Part shown: positions 58,532-64,000 of the stretch, one piece after another | Position numbering within the stretch: the first letter of the stretch is position 1 | Layout: every line of letters starts with the position of its first letter | From: a virus | Length of the DNA: 64,000 nucleotides | Virus record (IMG/VR): IMGVR_UViG_3300032286_000719 | Span: 48,820 to 112,819 of that record | Direction: 5' to 3' (one strand) | Translations under genes and position numbers: made by a program | The notes under the pieces: generated by a model | What the model was told of the DNA's origin: nothing | The model's database searches: none | What the model saw: only the letters and a program-made list of their open reading frames with translations

Positions 58532-61117
58532 ATGGCAATAATTAGATATACAAAAGATGCTACCATCAGGTACGCATATTTAAACATCTTCCCTGATCAG
58601 TTCAAAACTGAAAAGGAAAAACAAGATGAGAGTTGGATTAAGAACACAATGGACTATTTTTCCAACAAAGCATATGCTGAGTATGTAAAGAATAGAGATA
58701 CATTTGTTAAAAACTACGATCTTATGAAAGGAATCTTACGTATGGAAGATTTCTATCAAGAACCAGAGGTGAGAAGCTTTACAGATGTTCTTACAGGAGA
58801 TCTAGAACTTCCTGCTTATGTAAAGATGTATTCTATTGTTACCACTCCTGTTAATGAGTTAGTGGGAGAAATCTCTAAACGTCCTGATACATTTAGAGTG
58901 AAAGCTTTTGATGATGACAGTCAAGCTGAAGAACTACAGTTTAAAACAGATACGTTACAAGAATATGTAATAGGTCAAGTTAAACAACAGTTTGCACAAA
59001 AAGCTGCTATGCGAGGGGAAGAGATTGATGAGGAGCAATTACAGCAAATGACTATGGAACAGGTTAAGGATCAGTTAGATAGCTATACATCTATTGCTGA
59101 GAAATGGGCTAACCACATTCTTACATGTCAGAAAGCTGAGTTTAACTTAAAAGAAAAATCAGAAGATGCATTCAGAGACATGCTAATCTCTGCTAGAGAA
59201 TTTTACCATATATATGAAGACAACTCAAAACTTGGTTTTAACATTGAAGTGGCCAACCCAAAGAACACTTGGTTTCTTACTACTCCTGATAGAAAGTGGA
59301 TATCAGATCCCACTGGTAGAGCTCAAGGAGCCTATGCTGCTGGTACAGTACAAGTTATGGAGCTTTCAGAGATCATTGAAAGCATACCAGATCTTACGAA
59401 AGAGGAGATTGACCACTTACGCTCATCGCTCCAAGACTATGGGCTAATCAATGTACGTGAATCAAACTTAGGTAATCCAGATGCTATTCCTGGACAAGAC
59501 TCTGTAATGTATGATACATTTGACCCATTAGTGTTACAGACACGTATGATCATTGAATCAGAGATGAAAGAGAATAATGATGGACTTAAAGACTTCTTAG
59601 GGCTAACAAACAATGTTAGTTCATTTGGTTATAAGTATGTTGTTGTTAGATCATATTGGATCTCTAAAAGAAAGATAGGTAAATTGATCTATATAGATGA
59701 TATGGGTAATGAGCAATCTTTACTTGTTGATGAAACTTATAAATCAGGAACTATACCTACACAACAATCATTAGAATGGGGATGGGTTAATGAATGGTAT
59801 CAAGGTACTAAGATTGGACCAGACATCTATCACATCAAACCATTCAAGTTATTAAACTACTGTCCTATTATAGGAACAACATATGAGGTGAAGAATACAG
59901 AAGCAAAAAGCTTAGTAGATCTTATGAAACCTTTCCAAGTTTTGTATAATGTATGTATGAACCAATTGTACAAGCTTCTTGAAAAAGAAATGGGTAAAGT
60001 GCAATTGATGTCATTAAGACATGTTCCTATTCCTAAAGATGGAGATGCACAAGATGCTCTTGATATATGGGAAATGGAAGCACGTAACAGAGGTGTGGTA
60101 TTTGTTGATGACAGCCCAGAGAACTTAAAAGCTCCTAGCTCATTCAACCAATATACAGCTCTTGACCTTACACGTACGCAGGAGATACAATCTAGATACC
60201 AACTTGCTCAACAAGTGAAAGCTGAATGTTGGGAACTTGTAGGTATGTCAAGACAACGTATGGGATCTGTATCTGCATCAGAAAGTGCTACAGGAACTAA
60301 TACAGCAATGCAACAGAGTTACTCTCAAACAGAACCATTATTTATTGCACATGAATATGTAATGGGACAACTATATCAAGCTATTATAGATGCTGCATTG
60401 TATGTAGAGAGTTCTAAACCTCAGTCTACGCTTTCATATATCACTTCTGAAGGAGAATCTGCATTCGTACAAGTGAATGGATCAGATCTTAAATTTCGTG
60501 ACTTAAAAGTGTTCTTAACTAATAGACCAGAAGATCAACAAATGTTTAATGAGCTTAGACAACTTTCTCAAGCTATTATTCAGAATGGTGGCACACTTTA
60601 TGATGTAGTGGAACTATATAGTTCTAAATCTCAAAGAGAACTTAAGAAAGCATTCAAAGATCTTAGAGACAGACAAGTTGCTCTGCAAGAACAACAACAA
60701 CAACTTGCTCAACAACAGCAACAAGCTCAACAAGAACAAGCTCAAGCTACATTACAACAAGCTGCTCAACTTGCTGCAGAACAACAAGCTAATGATAACT
60801 ATCAAAAAGAACTTGATAGAATATCTAAAGAGAAGATTGCTATTATACAAGCTACAGGATTTGGTAATGTAGAATCAGAAGATGTTAATGCTAATGCTGT
60901 TCCTGATGTAATGGAAGTCAGTAAGTTAAACATGGAACAAGAGAAAGTTACCAAAGATTATGGAATGGAGATGGCTGATATTCAAGCTAAGAATAAACAA
61001 GCTGCTGATAAAATGTCCATAGAAAAGGAGAAATTACAAGTAGCTAGAGAGAATATGGCAAACGATCTTGCAGTGGCAAAAGAGAATGCTAAGGGAAGAA
61101 ATAACAAAAAAAGTTAA
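58532..61117 (+). CDS. portal protein
   Basis: Follows TerL; 'SLVDLMKPFQ.LYN', 'G.SRQR.G'; Gln-rich C-terminal coiled coil. Confidence 0.85.
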   Translation: MAIIRYTKDATIRYAYLNIFPDQFKTEKEKQDESWIKNTMDYFSNKAYAEYVKNRDTFVKNYDLMKGILRMEDFYQEPEVRSFTDVLTGDLELPAYVKMYSIVTTPVNELVGEISKRPDTFRVKAFDDDSQAEELQFKTDTLQEYVIGQVKQQFAQKAAMRGEEIDEEQLQQMTMEQVKDQLDSYTSIAEKWANHILTCQKAEFNLKEKSEDAFRDMLISAREFYHIYEDNSKLGFNIEVANPKNTWFLTTPDRKWISDPTGRAQGAYAAGTVQVMELSEIIESIPDLTKEEIDHLRSSLQDYGLINVRESNLGNPDAIPGQDSVMYDTFDPLVLQTRMIIESEMKENNDGLKDFLGLTNNVSSFGYKYVVVRSYWISKRKIGKLIYIDDMGNEQSLLVDETYKSGTIPTQQSLEWGWVNEWYQGTKIGPDIYHIKPFKLLNYCPIIGTTYEVKNTEAKSLVDLMKPFQVLYNVCMNQLYKLLEKEMGKVQLMSLRHVPIPKDGDAQDALDIWEMEARNRGVVFVDDSPENLKAPSSFNQYTALDLTRTQEIQSRYQLAQQVKAECWELVGMSRQRMGSVSASESATGTNTAMQQSYSQTEPLFIAHEYVMGQLYQAIIDAALYVESSKPQSTLSYITSEGESAFVQVNGSDLKFRDLKVFLTNRPEDQQMFNELRQLSQAIIQNGGTLYDVVELYSSKSQRELKKAFKDLRDRQVALQEQQQQLAQQQQQAQQEQAQATLQQAAQLAAEQQANDNYQKELDRISKEKIAIIQATGFGNVESEDVNANAVPDVMEVSKLNMEQEKVTKDYGMEMADIQAKNKQAADKMSIEKEKLQVARENMANDLAVAKENAKGRNNKKS

Positions 61118-61261
61118 AAAAAGTTCTTCCACAGACAAGGGTAAAACATATTAATGCTATATTATCTAGAAAATTGGGTCACATTGGTCTATAACCCTTT
61201 GATAATCCAAACCCTTATTATACTTTTACATAAATAAAACCAAACATAAATACAACTACAT

Positions 61262-62515
61262 ATGGCTGATAATTTAGATAACTTTAGTATTCAAGGTACT
61301 ATGGAAATGGGAATGGGTAACCAAGAACTATTAAATGACTTGTTTTCCCCTGAAACATCAACATCAAATCCAGAAGATGTTACTCCTATTATAAAAGACG
61401 CAGATGCTCCTGAAGCTCCAGAAGTTCCAGCAGTGAAGAAGGGTAAGGATATTATTCCTCCTAAAAGCGTTGATGGTAAAACAGATGAAGAGAAAGCAGA
61501 AGGACAATCTATGATTGCTGATTTCTTAAGTGATGATGAAGATGAGGACAATGATGATACACCTGCACCAGCTAAACCTGCTGCAAAAGCTGCAGAAACT
61601 GCTGACGTTGATGATGATGACGAACCACAAGGTACACAATTCACTGCTCTTGCTAACGATCTTTATAAACTAGGTGTATTCACCAATGATGATGAAGAAG
61701 ATCTACCACCAGTATCCACTGCAGAAGAATTCTTAGAAAGATTCGAAAATGAAAAGAAAAAAGGTGCCTCTGAGATGGTGCAAAACTTCATAGGACAATT
61801 TGGAGAAGATTATCAAGAAGCGTTTGATGCCATATTTGTAAAAGGAGTTAATCCAAAAGATTACTTTGGTACTTATAATCAAGTAGTTAACTTTGCTGAG
61901 ATGAATCTCGATGATGAGAACAATCAAATAAGAATAATGAAACGAGCATTAGCAGATCAAGGATTTGAACCTGAAGATGTAGATACAGAAATTGAAAGAC
62001 TTCAAAACTATGGTGATCTTGAAAGCGTAGCTACAAAACATCATAAAGTGCTAGTTAAAAAAGAAGCAGCCAAGTTACAACAACTAGAACAGAAATCTGA
62101 AGCTGAGTTAAGACAAAAAGCTCAAATCAGAAATCAATATATAGACAACGTACAGACCATCTTGCAAGAGAAGGTTAAATCAAAAGAGTTTGATGGTATT
62201 CCTATCAATCCAAAATTAGCAGGTGAACTACAAGACTTCTTATTAGTTGACAAGTGGAAAACTCCATCAGGAGAAACACTGACAGACTTTGATCGTGCTA
62301 TCCTGGATATGAAAAGACCAGAGAACCATGCAATGAAAGTTAAGTTAGGACTTCTTATGAAGATGTTAGAGAAAGATCCAACATTATCAACTATACAAAG
62401 AACAGGCGTTACAAAGAAATCTAACGAACTGTTTGGAGAAGTTGCAAGACAAGTGACTAAATCTAAGTCAACAACTAGTGGTTCAGGAGCTAAACCTAAT
62501 TCATGGTTTTTATAA
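61262..62515 (+). CDS. scaffold-like protein between portal and MCP
   Basis: Acidic disordered N-half plus helical C-half; crAss-type gene order. Confidence 0.6.
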   Translation: MADNLDNFSIQGTMEMGMGNQELLNDLFSPETSTSNPEDVTPIIKDADAPEAPEVPAVKKGKDIIPPKSVDGKTDEEKAEGQSMIADFLSDDEDEDNDDTPAPAKPAAKAAETADVDDDDEPQGTQFTALANDLYKLGVFTNDDEEDLPPVSTAEEFLERFENEKKKGASEMVQNFIGQFGEDYQEAFDAIFVKGVNPKDYFGTYNQVVNFAEMNLDDENNQIRIMKRALADQGFEPEDVDTEIERLQNYGDLESVATKHHKVLVKKEAAKLQQLEQKSEAELRQKAQIRNQYIDNVQTILQEKVKSKEFDGIPINPKLAGELQDFLLVDKWKTPSGETLTDFDRAILDMKRPENHAMKVKLGLLMKMLEKDPTLSTIQRTGVTKKSNELFGEVARQVTKSKSTTSGSGAKPNSWFL

Positions 62516-62554
62516 CAAAAAAAATAATTAATAATTAACAAAAACGAATAACAA

Positions 62555-64000
62555 ATGGCAATTCAAACAATCCCTGGGTTAACAGGTTTTACTTATGCTC
62601 GTGTTGCGTCTATGGACAAACGTGCAGTAGGGAAACTTACAGACTCAAATCACTTAGAGAGTTTTCACTCGACAGAGCCAGCTGATTATGATAAAAAGAT
62701 AATCTCTTTATATACTCAGAGCTCATTGTACAGTAATGACTTCTTGGACATGATCAACAAAAGCACACCTTATTACATTGATAATAATAGTGATGCATGG
62801 AAATGGCAAGTAGCAGTTCCTTACAAATTCCCAAAAATTATTGACATTCCTGCTTCTACGCAAGATTTAATCGATGAAGGTAAAACAGGTATCGATGGTC
62901 AAGAATTTAACTTAGTATTAGATACTAATGAGTTTTCTAAAAATGCTATTGTATCTGTAGGTACACGTCAGTATGGTCCACGTTTCTACGTGATCAAAGA
63001 TCCACAACCATGGAACATGGGTTATTTGTACACATTTACATTAGTAACTGACAATCCAACAGTTGACTTTGTAAACCCTACATTCTTACAGTATGGTATT
63101 GAACTAGAATTAGTTGATGCTGCAATTGGTGAGTTTGATCAAGACTTATTAGGTCTTCCTAGATTAGGTGAGCAAATCACTATGTTCGAATCACTAGGTT
63201 CTGCATATGGATATGAGCACAAAATCACTGAGTGGGCTGATGACAAAATGATGAGAGATGCTTCTGGTAAGCCATTAGACATTTTGGTTTATGCTCCACA
63301 AAGACGTAACCAATTACCTTTAACTCGTAATGATGTTAAATGGGAACCATTTATTGAGTTCTGGATGCGTAAGTCAATGTTAGAATTGAAAGTTAAACGT
63401 ATGATCTGGGCTAAACCAGGTACAGTTAAAACTAATGGTTCTAAACAAGAATTGAAAAGAACATCTGCTGGTGTATACCACAGAATGAGAAATAATGGAA
63501 ACTTAGTTCAATATAACAGAGGTGAGTTTTCTGCTAACTTGATTCGTTCAGTATTTGGAGACTTGTTCTACAGAAGAGTGGATGTTAAAGACAGAAGTGT
63601 AAAAATGTATACTAATGAAGCTGGATTCGATGTATTCCAACAAGCTTTGAAAACAGATGCATTAAACTCTGGTCTTACATTCATGGCAGATTCTGGAAAC
63701 AGATACATGCAAGGAGAAGGACAACATATCACTTACAACTTTGCATTTGATGCAATGGTTACACGTGAGACTGGTAGAGTTGAATTGATCCACTTAAAAG
63801 AATTAGATTTACCACAAACTAACTTAGAGTTTGGACAAAACAAAAAAAGCACGCCAGTATTCATGGTGTTTGATGTGTCTCCAATGTCTGATGGTTCAAT
63901 GGTAAACAACATTAGAGAAGTACGTATGAAAGGTGCTCCTTCTATGACATGGGGTTATATTGATGGTACTCGTCACCACTTAGGTTTTGCTAAGTCTCAA
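62555..64000 (+). CDS. major capsid protein (3' truncated)
   Basis: Not in the ORF track because no stop occurs before the window end. MAIQTIPGLTGF...GKLTDSNHLES..., 482 open codons; position after portal and scaffold. Confidence 0.85.
   Translation, partial: MAIQTIPGLTGFTYARVASMDKRAVGKLTDSNHLESFHSTEPADYDKKIISLYTQSSLYSNDFLDMINKSTPYYIDNNSDAWKWQVAVPYKFPKIIDIPASTQDLIDEGKTGIDGQEFNLVLDTNEFSKNAIVSVGTRQYGPRFYVIKDPQPWNMGYLYTFTLVTDNPTVDFVNPTFLQYGIELELVDAAIGEFDQDLLGLPRLGEQITMFESLGSAYGYEHKITEWADDKMMRDASGKPLDILVYAPQRRNQLPLTRNDVKWEPFIEFWMRKSMLELKVKRMIWAKPGTVKTNGSKQELKRTSAGVYHRMRNNGNLVQYNRGEFSANLIRSVFGDLFYRRVDVKDRSVKMYTNEAGFDVFQQALKTDALNSGLTFMADSGNRYMQGEGQHITYNFAFDAMVTRETGRVELIHLKELDLPQTNLEFGQNKKSTPVFMVFDVSPMSDGSMVNNIREVRMKGAPSMTWGYIDGTRHHLGFAKSQ

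Noticed and set aside
60680-60800. CAA-rich tandem repeat / possible array
   Set aside because: It encodes the Gln-rich coiled coil of the portal; no spacer structure
1-64000. Stop-codon reassignment as in some crAss-like phages
   Set aside because: Core genes (PolB, TerL, portal, MCP) are intact and tightly packed under the standard code; no suppressor tRNA seen
1-64000. CRISPR array, integrase or transposase
   Set aside because: No regularly spaced identical repeats with unique spacers, and no recombinase or transposase motifs recognised

Overview
This AT-rich 64 kb window is part of a lytic tailed-phage genome of the crAss-like (Crassvirales-related) type, most likely infecting a Bacteroidota host. 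Host evidence is the TAnnTTTG promoters and a Bacteroidota-style tmRNA. It has three blocks. (1) + strand 1-17.3 kb: the tail of a giant virion protein, a lysis cassette, fibre/decoration genes, a cluster of Thr-rich mucin-like proteins around a putative peptide O-glycosyltransferase, a ferritin-like gene and a run of very basic Lys/Gly-rich proteins. (2) - strand 17.4-54.0 kb: sugar methyltransferase, GT2, GT11, GroES, PhoH, RecA, nucleases, rIIA/rIIB, UNG, primase, helicases, PolB, a tmRNA with an unusually long tag, a MoxR/VWA pair and many small early ORFs. (3) + strand 54.3-64 kb: IHF-like gene, terminase, portal, scaffold-like gene and the major capsid protein, which runs off the end. 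The best candidate for a new system is a phage-encoded mucin-like O-glycosylation module: Thr-tract proteins with shared docking leaders, an HPAT/SERGT1-like GT, GT2, GT11 and an O-methyltransferase. Other notable items are the 35-residue tmRNA tag, the motif-delimited basic 'polyproteins', promoters embedded in hairpins, and a leader motif shared by early genes that has an antisense copy. All family calls come from motif recognition by eye; no database searches were run.
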